Of a stretch of DNA of 32,000 nucleotides, positions 1 to 9,296 are shown piece by piece. Within the stretch, counting starts at the first letter, position 1. Every line of letters begins with the position of its first letter. Origin of the DNA: Vibrio cholerae ATCC 14035. GTDB taxonomy: Bacteria; Pseudomonadota; Gammaproteobacteria; Enterobacterales; Vibrionaceae. The DNA is taken from NCBI RefSeq assembly GCF_000621645.1, contig NZ_JHXR01000022.1, forward strand, positions 30,001-62,000, read 5' to 3'. The notes under the pieces were generated by a model. That model saw only the letters and a list, made by a program, of their open reading frames with translations. It searched no databases and had not been told where the DNA came from. The translations under genes and the position numbers were made by a program.

Positions 1-185
1 ATCAAGTAGCTACAGCTGCTTACGAACAAAGTCACGTATCAGAGGAAATAAACAGCAACTCTATTTCTATAAAAGATAAAGCAGATACCTTATCAAGTTT
101 GGGTAATAAGATTTCTCAACAGGCTTATTCTCAAAAAGCACTGATTGGTCATCAAGATGATTTAATCAGTAAGTTTATCATTTAA
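1..185 (+). CDS. acfB: Methyl-accepting chemotaxis protein, C-terminal end only (AcfB-like); 5' part lies outside the window
   Basis: Frame 3 is open from the window edge to TAA at 183-185. The translation QVATAAYEQSHVSEEINSNSISIKDKADTLSSLGNKISQQAYSQKALIGHQDDLISKFII carries the AA-EQS-VSEEIN signature of the MCP signalling-domain C-terminus. It lies 5 nt upstream of acfC, as in the acf cluster. Confidence 0.8.
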   Translation, partial: QVATAAYEQSHVSEEINSNSISIKDKADTLSSLGNKISQQAYSQKALIGHQDDLISKFII

Positions 186-190
186 TATGG

Positions 191-961
191 ATGTATTTCA
201 TGAAAAGTAAGAATCGATTTTTATTAATTTCTTTACTATCATTTTCTACGAGTGTTTTTGCGGATGTTAATCTTTATGGACCTGGTGGTCCACATGTGCC
301 ATTGATTAAAGTTGCAGAAAGTTTTGAAAAATCACAATCAAAACGCGTTAATATTACTTTTGGACCTCAAGCTACTTGGAATGACAAAGCAAAAAAAAAT
401 GCTGATATTTTATTCGGTGCATCAGAACATTCTGCTCTAGCTATTGCAGAAGGACATAGTGAAAGATTTTCAAAATTTAATATTCATCCTGTATTCATGC
501 GTGAAGCAATTATCTTAGTAAAAAAAGGTAATCCGAAAAATATTAAGGGTATGGCTGATCTTTTGAAGCCTGGTATCGGAATCGTCGTAAATGATGGAGC
601 AGGTGTAAGTAATACATCGGGCACTGCTGTTTGGGAAGATTCAGTTGGTAGAATGAAAAATGTTGAGAAACTCCAGGCATTTAGATCTAATATTCACGTT
701 TTTGCCCCAAATAGTGGATCAGCGCGTAAGGCGTTTGTTGATGGTGAAGATATTGATGCATGGATTACATGGGTCGATTGGGCCATAGCTAATCCAACAA
801 TCGGCGATATGGTTAGAATGGAGGATGAATATCGTATTTATCGTGACTTCAACGTTGTTCTTGCCAAAAATCCATCTAGTGAAGCGATTGACTTTTTTGA
901 TTATCTAACAAAAAGCAAAGACGCTGAAGCAATCTTTCAGCACTATGGCTGGTTTAAGTGA
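191..961 (+). CDS. acfC: Accessory colonization factor AcfC, secreted/periplasmic solute-binding-protein-like
   Basis: 256-codon ORF with an N-terminal signal peptide (LLISLLSFSTSVFA-DV) and a body resembling sulfate/molybdate-type periplasmic binding proteins. The ATG at 200 (MKSKNRF...) is an equally plausible start. Confidence 0.9.
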   Translation: MYFMKSKNRFLLISLLSFSTSVFADVNLYGPGGPHVPLIKVAESFEKSQSKRVNITFGPQATWNDKAKKNADILFGASEHSALAIAEGHSERFSKFNIHPVFMREAIILVKKGNPKNIKGMADLLKPGIGIVVNDGAGVSNTSGTAVWEDSVGRMKNVEKLQAFRSNIHVFAPNSGSARKAFVDGEDIDAWITWVDWAIANPTIGDMVRMEDEYRIYRDFNVVLAKNPSSEAIDFFDYLTKSKDAEAIFQHYGWFK

Positions 962-976
962 TTTTAGGGAGAGTAC

Positions 977-1450
977 ATGTACTCTCCTATGAAATTTTTC
1001 GTAGGAACTAATATGAATCAAAGAGTTAGTGTTATTTATGCTACTTTCTGGGATAGACTATGGGCATCATTGATTGATAGTTTAGTGCTATCGGTATTAA
1101 TTCTAGCTGTCATTTTGTTTATATTTAATGTCTTTGATGTGGATGTTGCAATAAACAGTAGATACGTCGATATCGCTAATTTATCTTTATCACTTTGCAT
1201 TACTATTTTATTTTGGAATTTTAAATCTGCAACACCTGGCAAGATGCTCTTAAAATTAAAAGTTGTTGATGAGCATACTCTTAATAAGTTGACATTTAAG
1301 CAATCTATAATTCGTTATTTGTCATATTATATTAGTCTGTTAGGCTTTTTCATCGGCTTTTTCTGGATTTTCTTTAACAAAAAAAATCAAGGATGGCATG
1401 ATAAAATCGCAAAGACCATCGTAATAAAATTGCCATCTAGTACTCAGTAA
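977..1450 (+). CDS. RDD-family integral membrane protein
   Basis: ATG at 977 follows the SD AGGGAGAG (964-971). It has family-typical N-terminal W-R-LWASLIDSLVL and C-terminal GWHDKIAKTIVI motifs around hydrophobic helices. It starts 15 nt after acfC and ends 8 nt before tagE. Confidence 0.8.
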   Translation: MYSPMKFFVGTNMNQRVSVIYATFWDRLWASLIDSLVLSVLILAVILFIFNVFDVDVAINSRYVDIANLSLSLCITILFWNFKSATPGKMLLKLKVVDEHTLNKLTFKQSIIRYLSYYISLLGFFIGFFWIFFNKKNQGWHDKIAKTIVIKLPSSTQ

Positions 1451-1458
1451 TATTTAAA

Positions 1459-2367
1459 ATGAATAAGACACTTAGGATTACATTATTATCTATATCTGGT
1501 TCAAAAACATTTAACATAAAATTCAGACATAGAGTGTTTTTACATTTGACTTTTTGTTTTATTATGTTGTTTTTTTTGGCAATAGCTATGTTGATTTTTA
1601 ATTTTGACATGAAATTGAGTTCCTCTCTTCTAAGTCAGATAAAAAATGAATATAAGACCTTTTTCTTAGAGAACAAAATATCATCAATTAACAGTTCTTC
1701 ATCTGAACTAATGGAAGATTTGTTTTCAAAGCAAGAGCGTTACGAGTTAGCTATCAATCGTTTAGAAAGATTAGAATCTTTTGTACATAGCGCTGAATCG
1801 ATCGATATGGTGACTGTTACAGAGCAACTTGGTAGCTATATGAAAGAAACTGTGTTGAATGAGATTCCTAATGGCTTTCCTATTCCTGATGCAAAGATAT
1901 CATCTCGCTATGGTGAACGTGTGCATCCAGTTACCAAAGTTAAGCAGATTCACCATGGAATTGATTTCCCTGCTGCTATTGGCACACCAATCTATTCACC
2001 AGCAGATGGTGTTGTTGAAGCGATAAGAGTCAGTACCCAGGGTTCAGGTAATTTTATGCGTCTTCAGCATACTTATGGATTTAGTAGTAGTTACTCTCAT
2101 TTGCATAAGTTCTCGGTTAAAGAGGGGGATTTTGTCAAAAAAGGTGAATTAATTGCGTACTCAGGAAATACTGGGTTATCCTCTGGGCCACACCTACACT
2201 ATGAAATCCGTTTCCTCGGTAAATCCCTAGACCCTCACCCATTTATAAAATGGAATTACGATAATTTTTCTGAAATTACTAATAAAGTACCATTAATCAA
2301 ATGGGATGAATTGCTGACTAACATTGAGATCCGGATTGCAATGAATCCGAATCTCAATGCACAATAA
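1459..2367 (+). CDS. tagE: ToxR-activated gene E protein, membrane-anchored M23 (LytM-type) metallopeptidase
   Basis: 302 codons. There is an N-terminal hydrophobic helix (LTFCFIMLFFLAIAMLIF), then a C-terminal M23 domain with HxxxD (HHGID) and HxH (HLHYE) zinc/catalytic motifs. Confidence 0.9.
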   Translation: MNKTLRITLLSISGSKTFNIKFRHRVFLHLTFCFIMLFFLAIAMLIFNFDMKLSSSLLSQIKNEYKTFFLENKISSINSSSSELMEDLFSKQERYELAINRLERLESFVHSAESIDMVTVTEQLGSYMKETVLNEIPNGFPIPDAKISSRYGERVHPVTKVKQIHHGIDFPAAIGTPIYSPADGVVEAIRVSTQGSGNFMRLQHTYGFSSSYSHLHKFSVKEGDFVKKGELIAYSGNTGLSSGPHLHYEIRFLGKSLDPHPFIKWNYDNFSEITNKVPLIKWDELLTNIEIRIAMNPNLNAQ

Positions 2368-2369
2368 GA

Positions 2370-3017
2370 CTAGAAGTAGTACTTTGAATTTAAACTTATA
2401 GAAAGCACATCATTGTACTTATCGAACTGATATCTTAACTCTGTTCCAACGCTAAGCTCTGGAATTAAATTATAATCCAACCCTAACGAAAATAGTGCAC
2501 CAAAGCGATTCTTTTTAAGACCTGTTTCTAATAGAGCTTTTCTAATCTCTATATCATCATTTAGGAGTAATTCTAGCTCTTCATATTTTCCAGAATATGC
2601 TTCATATTGTGTATGTGTCACACCAACTTTTATATTTGTTTTCAATTGCTGATGAATGGGGTATGAGTAAACTGAGATTAATGCAAGTTGTTTAGCTTCA
2701 ATCTCAGAGCTCCATTCGTGCTCTTTTCTATATTGTTGATTATTTAAAGATTCAATTCCTATAAACTTACTGTATTGATCTTCTAATTTATAACTTGAAT
2801 AGTTGATTTCAAAAGAAAAATTATCATTAAATTTATAACCAATTAGTCCACCTAAAAACATATCTTCCATATTGGGGTTTAGGCTAACAGCGTCACTTTG
2901 ATAGTTCGTCTCAAAGCTATGATTTGCTGTTCCAATTCCAAGTTCAAGACCAATATACGGTGCTGCATTTGCTGATAAAGTCGTAAACAAAAAAATTGCT
3001 GATAAAGTTTTTTGCAT
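2370..3017 (-). CDS. acfA: Accessory colonization factor AcfA, small outer-membrane beta-barrel protein
   Basis: 215 codons with signal peptide MQKTLSAIFLFTTLSANA-AP, alternating amphipathic beta-strand pattern and a C-terminal aromatic residue (..KYYF) typical of OM beta-barrels. It is divergent from acfD. Confidence 0.85.
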   Translation of the reverse strand: MQKTLSAIFLFTTLSANAAPYIGLELGIGTANHSFETNYQSDAVSLNPNMEDMFLGGLIGYKFNDNFSFEINYSSYKLEDQYSKFIGIESLNNQQYRKEHEWSSEIEAKQLALISVYSYPIHQQLKTNIKVGVTHTQYEAYSGKYEELELLLNDDIEIRKALLETGLKKNRFGALFSLGLDYNLIPELSVGTELRYQFDKYNDVLSISLNSKYYF

Positions 3018-3090
3018 TTTTTACTCCTATTTTTACCTGTGTTTCACATTTTATTCTAACTTTAATTTTTTATTTTTTTTATGCTAACTC

Positions 3091-3116
3091 GTTAAATTTT
3101 TAAAAATAAATTTAAC
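3091..3116. promoter_or_regulatory. 9-bp inverted repeat (GTTAAATTT-N8-AAATTTAAC) in the acfA-acfD divergent control region; candidate ToxT (toxbox pair) site
   Basis: The repeat is seen directly in the sequence, in the centre of the very AT-rich 3018-3189 spacer. Published work on acfA/acfD describes two ToxT sites in inverted orientation between the genes. I cannot confirm that they coincide with this repeat. Confidence 0.35.
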
Positions 3117-3189
3117 AAAATGTATAAAGCGATTTTTTTCATTTTTAACAAGGATAATTAATTCTTGTTTTTTGTTTAATAGGCTTAAG

Positions 3190-6100
3190 ATGAAGATTCG
3201 TATTGTATCATTGATAGTTTTGGGTTTTCTTATAGGTTGTAAGCATGAAAGTATAATTACCCCTACTGTGCCTGCTGATGGTTCGGGTGGTAACGCACTA
3301 AATCCTGGTTTGGTAGGTGGTTATTTGCCAGATATTGGTGTTCCGGATCCCATTATCTCGCTATCCATGACTTTAGATGGTAACTTGAAATTTGATAGTT
3401 CTTTACTGTGTAATGATCAAGATGCCTCTCATATTTCAAATATCACAAAAAGATAATGTCTTTTGTACGATCAACGGGCGTTCAATCGCAACATTTACCG
3501 CTCCCTTTGACGCTAATAAAAATGGCCGTAACACTGATTCTGAAGTTTTATCTTTAATCTCTGCGGATGAGTACCGGGACTCGCCAGTTCGACAGGAAAA
3601 TCTCCAAATTTTAATGAAAAATATGGCGACAATACATGGAGATAAAATATCTCTAGTTTTCCGAAGTACTCTTGATGCCTTGACATTCGAAAATTATTTA
3701 CGGCACAATTTAGATCTTCCCAAAGACCAATTTTTAGAAGCAATTACAGAAAAAATCGCCAATGATAATCAGGTCGATAAGCAACCTTCAACTCATGTGC
3801 CTAATATCTCTCCATCATTCACGCCTGGGACTTCATCTAATTTGAATAGTCCATTCGTTTCTGCTAATGCTGAAGAGTCTTTGAGCTATATACCGACAGA
3901 TGTTATTCCTTCGCTTGGTCGCTTACTTGATAGTCAAGGTCGAGTTATTAATGGTGTTTCATACTTCAGTAATAATACTCGTGGTATTACTGGTGTAGAT
4001 AAAACAGGGGCTATTTTAAATGATGGTTCATTTGAATTTTCGTGGGGAGATATTATTAGCTTTTCAATCGATACATTTGAATTAGGTAGTACTCGAGCTA
4101 ATAAAACTGATTTTTATATCAGTGAATTAGGTAAGGACAATGAGGGTAAGAATGCTGAAGCTTTGATTCATCGTTATGCAAGTATTGATGATTCTAAGCT
4201 TATCATTCCAGATAAAGTTACGCAGATTTTTTCCCTATACCCTAATGTCATTAATGAAGTGATTTCATTATCATTACCTAATGGCGATATCGAACTTGAT
4301 ATTGGAGATGGTAAAACTCAGATTGTACCTGGTGAATTCTTTAAGCAGTTTGATTCTGGATTAGCAGCACTTATCGATCAATCTATTTCACCTATATCGA
4401 GGTTCAAATTTGAAGACAGTTTGCCTAAGAAAAAGTCAGCAATTGATTCTGAATCTTCACAAATCCAAGATATTATTAATAAACTCTGGGGTGCAACCGA
4501 TACCGTACAAGCTAATGGATGGAAAAAAGTCGATCGTTTTCATATTTTTCATGACAGTACAAACTTCTACGGTAGTACAGGAAGTGCCCGAGCACAAGCA
4601 GCGGTGAATATTGCTAATAGTGCATTTCCAGTCTTAATGGCTCGTAATGACAATAATTACTGGATTGATTTTGGTAAACCTAAAGCATGGGATTCGAATA
4701 GTCTGGCATTTATTACTGAAGCACCTTCTACAGTTGTGCCTGATAAAGTATCTGAAGATACATCAACCTTTAATTTACCTTTTATTAGTTTGGGCGAAAT
4801 TGGTAAAGGCAAGCTGATGGTACTAGGAAATGCGCGATATAACAGTGTCTTAGTCTGTCCTAATGGATTTAGTTGGGGCGGAACTGTTAAAAATGGTACT
4901 TGTAGCTTAAGTAGTGATCGTGATGATATGGCTAATTTTTTTAGTAATGTCATCCGCTATCTTACGGGAAGTACTTCCAATGATGTTATTGTTGGAACTA
5001 ATATTCCAGAAGTTTACTTTAAATCATCTGGCCAAACTATGGGGTCAAAAGCCAATTTTGAACTCGATTCAAGATTCTCTAAGCAAACTCAACAGTTGAC
5101 TAGTTTCCATGATTTAGATGTTAATACTATACCTCTTATTATTATCAATGCATACGACTATAAAGGAAAAAACATAAATAGTCCGTATGATATTCCATTA
5201 AGTGCTGATGTAGGCAGTCCGAAATTGTCTCGTTCTGATGTCACTGATTTAATTGATTATATAAACAACGGTGGTAGTGTATTAATGATGGAGACTATCA
5301 TTAATACAAATAACAGTGAGATTTCTCGTTTATTGGACAGTGCTGGTATTGCTTTTGGCATTGGAAACAGTGTAGTTGCTGACGGTAATGGCCCGAGTGG
5401 AGGCCACCCAGATCGCCCACGTAGTCAGCGAGAGCACGGTATTTGGGTTATTGAGCGATATGCAGCTGTTGAAGACGAGTCTTCTGGTCAACAGACGCTA
5501 CCTTATGTGATTAATAGTGATGGTTCAATTGAGTGGAAGTATATTGTAGAGAATAGGCCCGATGATAAACCTAAACTTGAAGTCGCGAGTTGGGTTGAAT
5601 CTGAAGCTGGAGATAAATTAATTACTCACTATGCATTTATTGATGAGTCTCAGCACTGGAAAAAAGATATTTCAGGTAAAATAATCTATAACGTGGCAGG
5701 GAAGCCGGAAGTAGATAATGCATCATTATCTTTGGCTAAAAATAAAGTACTTGATGCTTTTAAAAACAGTAGTGGCCAGAGAGCCTACTCTGAATGTAAA
5801 AATTCTGAGTTTCATTATGAGATTAATTGCTTAGAATATCGTCCAGGTAATTCAATTCCTATTACTGGTGGTTTGTATGTACCCCGATATACTGATATTA
5901 AGTTAGGAGAGTCTGAAGCCAATGCTATGGTAAAGGCGGCTAATCTTGGTACAAATATTCATGCTTTATATCAGCATGAACGTTATTTCCGAACTAAAGG
6001 AAAGTCGGGAGCCCGTTTAAATAGTGTTGATTTGAATCGAATTTATCAAAATATGTCAGTATGGCTTTGGAACGACCTTGATTATCGTTATGATGATAAG

Positions 6101-7753
6101 CAATCCGATGAGCTTGGATTTAAAGTTTTTACACAGTATTTGAATTGTTACACTAGTAACAACGCTGGTGGTAATACAACTTGCCCAGAAGAATTGAAAG
6201 ATGAACTTACTCAGCTAGGTATGATTTATGACGAAAAATCAGGAAGCTATGCAGGTCAAATGGATCCAAGTTACCCACTTAATTATATGGAAAAGCCACT
6301 GACCCGTTTAATGTTAGGGCGCTCATTCTGGGATCTTGATATCAAAGTTGATGTCAGAAAGTACCCCGGTGAAGTCACAACAAGATCAGGTGGAGGGGAT
6401 ATTACTCTTGACATGCGTAATAATACGGCAGCTTGGTTTGCGGGTAATAGGCAGCCGACAGGGCAGTGGGCCGAAGCTCATCAGCCTTTTAGTGTTTCAG
6501 TCTCAGGAGAAACATCGCCTGTCACCATCACCATTGCATTGGCTGATGATTTAACTGGCCGAGAGAAGCATGAGCTTGGTTTAAAGCGTCCTCCTCGCAT
6601 GAGCAAATCATTTGTTATTGGCGGCGATAGTCCGAAAATGCAGACTTTTACCGTACCCTATGGTGGGTTAATATATGCACAAGGGGGAAATTCTCAACAG
6701 GTCAAACTAACATTTTCAGGAACTATAGATGCACCGCTCTATATTGACGGTAAGTGGAGAAACCCTCTTTTATCTGGCGCACCAATTGGTGAAGTAGTGT
6801 CAGACACCTTCATATTTACTGCACCTAAAGCAAATTTAAATGCCGATGGTTATTTGGGGGGGATCGAACAGTTTGCAAAAGATCTTGATCAATTCTCAGC
6901 GGATTTAAACGATTTTTATGCCCGTGATGAAGGTGCGGACGGTGACAAAAATCGCAAAGCTACTGATAAGTCAATGCCTAATAATCGTCACCATTTCGTC
7001 AATGATGTCGCAATAAGTGTTGGTGCTGCACACTCTGGCTATCCGGTCATGAATGATAGTTTTATTACCAGTAGCCGTAGTTTGAACACTATGCCGCTGA
7101 ACAGCTGGCTGCTTTGGCATGAGGTCGGGCATAATTCAGCAGAAGCTCCTTTTAATGTTGATGGGGCCACAGAAGTTGTAAACAACTTACTTGCCTTATA
7201 TATGCAAGATCGTCATCAAGGAAAAATGTCTCGTGTAGAACAGGATATCCGTTATGCTTTCGATTTTGTTAATGCTGAGCATGGGCATGCTTGGGGAGCC
7301 GGTGGTGCTGGTGAACGTTTAGTTATGTTTGCGCAACTTAAAGAGTGGGCAGAAACTGAGTTTGATATAAATGACTGGTATAATGATAAGCTACCTGGTT
7401 TTTATATTGAAGAAAGCGGAATAAAAGGTTGGAACTTGTTTAAACTGATGCATCGGTTAATGAGAAATGAGAACGATGACCAAATCAATATGAAGGGAGA
7501 AAATCAATGTAAGATATCTGGTATTGGTAAAAGTGATCTATTAATGCTTTGTGCATCATATGCCGCTCAGACGGATTTGTCAGAATTTTTTAAAGCATGG
7601 AATCCGGGAAGTAAGGCATTTCTCTATCCAGATGATCCTCAGCCATATTACGAAGGAGGAATAACTCCTTCTGGGATTCAGAGAGTCAAATCTTTAAAAT
7701 TGAATCTTCCCCAAAAAAATCCCCTTTCTATAAACAGTGTTACACAACATTAG
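3190..7753 (+). CDS. acfD: Accessory colonization factor AcfD, SslE/YghJ-like M60-family lipoprotein metalloprotease (mucinase type), interrupted by a frameshift at the A5 run 3447-3451
   Basis: Frame 1 (ATG 3190) encodes [17 protein letters not shown], a lipobox, and stops at 3454-3456. Frame 2 carries the remaining body to 7753, including the HEVGH zinc motif at 7118-7132 and long colinear similarity to E. coli SslE as I recall it. Removing one A gives a continuous 1520-codon ORF. Confidence 0.9.
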
Positions 7754-7763
7754 TACAGTTATT

Positions 7764-7784
7764 CCCCCTAGCTTAGCTAGGGGG
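7764..7784 (+). terminator. Hairpin just after acfD (CCCCCTAGC-TTA-GCTAGGGGG)
   Basis: Perfect 9-bp GC-rich stem with a 3-nt loop, 11 nt after the acfD stop. The downstream tail is only weakly T-rich. Confidence 0.5.
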
Positions 7785-7800
7785 ATCTAGTTTGCTTCCT

Positions 7801-7845
7801 AACATAAAATCCTACTCAGATTTTATGTTAAATATTTTTTGTTTC
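7801..7845 (+). terminator. Second hairpin plus T-run after acfD
   Basis: AACATAAAATC (7801-7811) pairs with GATTTTATGTT (7819-7829) across a 7-nt loop and is followed by AAATATTTTTTGTTT. Confidence 0.55.
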
Positions 7846-8039
7846 ACTCTCATAAATTAGGAATGAATAGTTTTTATTTCATATAGAAAACAACATCTAT
7901 ATGTTCTGGAGTATTATATTTGACGTCATATATATGATGAAAAACATTTAGTTACTATTGAATATCCTAAGGGTTAATATTGAGGTTGGTTACATTGCTA
8001 TAATAATATTATAGAGATAGGTTTGTGTGTGTTTTTTTA

Positions 8040-8069
8040 AAACAAAAAAAAGGCGCACCGCAGTGCGCC
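8040..8069 (-). terminator. Rho-independent terminator on the minus strand
   Basis: GGCGCAC-CGCA-GTGCGCC (8052-8069). On the minus strand it is followed by eight T (plus-strand A run 8044-8051). Confidence 0.65.
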
Positions 8070-8244
8070 AAAAAGTGCTTAATCGTCAGCTTGTAACAAT
8101 ACATGAGGTAACCGCTCATGTATGTTTATAGTGCCAGTATCATAGCTGTTATGAAAGATGATTTTGTTTTTTTTAAGTGGAAAATATTTTTTTAACGCTC
8201 TTGTTTCTATTTAAGCTTATGAATTTAGTGATACGCTGAACTTG

Positions 8245-9296
8245 GCCTCTTTAGGCTTTCACTAAGTGCAAATATTTATCACCAGCCATACTGTAACATC
8301 CATAGCTAGATTTTTCTATGTGCTCGCTTTACCAACCCATGAGTTTTCGACGTTTCTCTAAATAGTCGGTACGGTTGTATGCTTTACTTATTTGTATGAG
8401 CCAATGCGGGTTCAATAACATCAGGTTTAAAGCCCTGTTCATTAAAAGTGGTACTTGCCAAAGCCCGAACACCGTGCGCGATCACTCTATCTTTAAATCC
8501 TATTCTACTAAGTGATTTATTGGCTGTTTCTGTATTAGTGGGTACCTTTGGATTGCGGCTAGATGGGAAAATGAATGTTCTATGACCAATGATAGGCTTA
8601 ATCACTTCAAGAATAACCAATGTTTATGCTGTCATTGGCACTACGTGTTCACGGTTCATCTTCATTTGCTCTTTGGATTCATATACTAAGTGCAAAGCTT
8701 ATTAACTCTGTCGATTTATTCCCAACGAGCGCCTGAGACTTTGCTAGGCCGAACCATGGTGTGAGTTTGCCATTCAATTAAAAATCGCGTCACGTGCTGG
8801 ATATTGTACATATAAGATAATGCATTTCATGCAGTTGTAGCGCTTTAATATGTACAACTTTGTGTTTTTTAAACACATCACGGATCCCTGCCAATGGGTT
8901 GGCATGAATGACACCGCTATTCACCACATAGTTAATGATTTCATTCATAAGTTGGGCAGTGTGTTTTACGGTTTCTAGTAATCCTTGATACTCAATTGGG
9001 CGTCATGTTGCGATGGCAATTTGTGCTGTAAGTTTACTAACGGGTATCGAACTCAATTTGGGAAAGGAATAAAGTTCAAGTTTTCTCCAATTACCTTCCA
9101 GTGTTTCTTATATTTGCCCTTGTTTACTAGCTTTCCACTGTTCTACAACAAACTTAAATGTCAGTAATGGTTTTCGCCTTTTGTTCTTCTTTAGCGAGTT
9201 GAGGATCCATGATATCCGCTAACTGTTTGCGATCCTCAAGGCTTTCTCTCGAGCTTCTGCCGAAGAGATATCGGGATACGTACCAGCAGACGACAG
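8245..9296 (-). pseudogene. Decayed P4-family tyrosine integrase, 5'-truncated with several stops and frameshifts
   Basis: The minus-strand translation matches the intact int block by block. FIFPSSRNPKVP, HGVRALASTTFNEQGF and ALAHTNK-stop fall in listed ORF 8384-8620. AYNRTDYLEKRRKLMGW-stop-SEHIE follows in a shifted frame, RFLIEWQTHTMVRPSKVSGARWE lies near 8700-8790, and GTYPDISSAEAREKA lies near 9240-9290. The first ~55 codons are missing. Confidence 0.8.

Noticed and set aside
3392-3456. Treating the listed 3392 (TTG) start as the genuine AcfD start.
   Set aside because: Upstream frame 1 carries a proper lipoprotein signal peptide and SslE-like sequence right up to the A-run. The overlap is therefore a frameshift artefact, not an independent start.
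4410-6554. Short alternative-frame ORFs inside acfD (4410-4607, 4657-4953, 4914-5099, 6336-6554).
   Set aside because: All are nested in the long SslE-like reading frame and are chance ORFs in AT-rich coding sequence.
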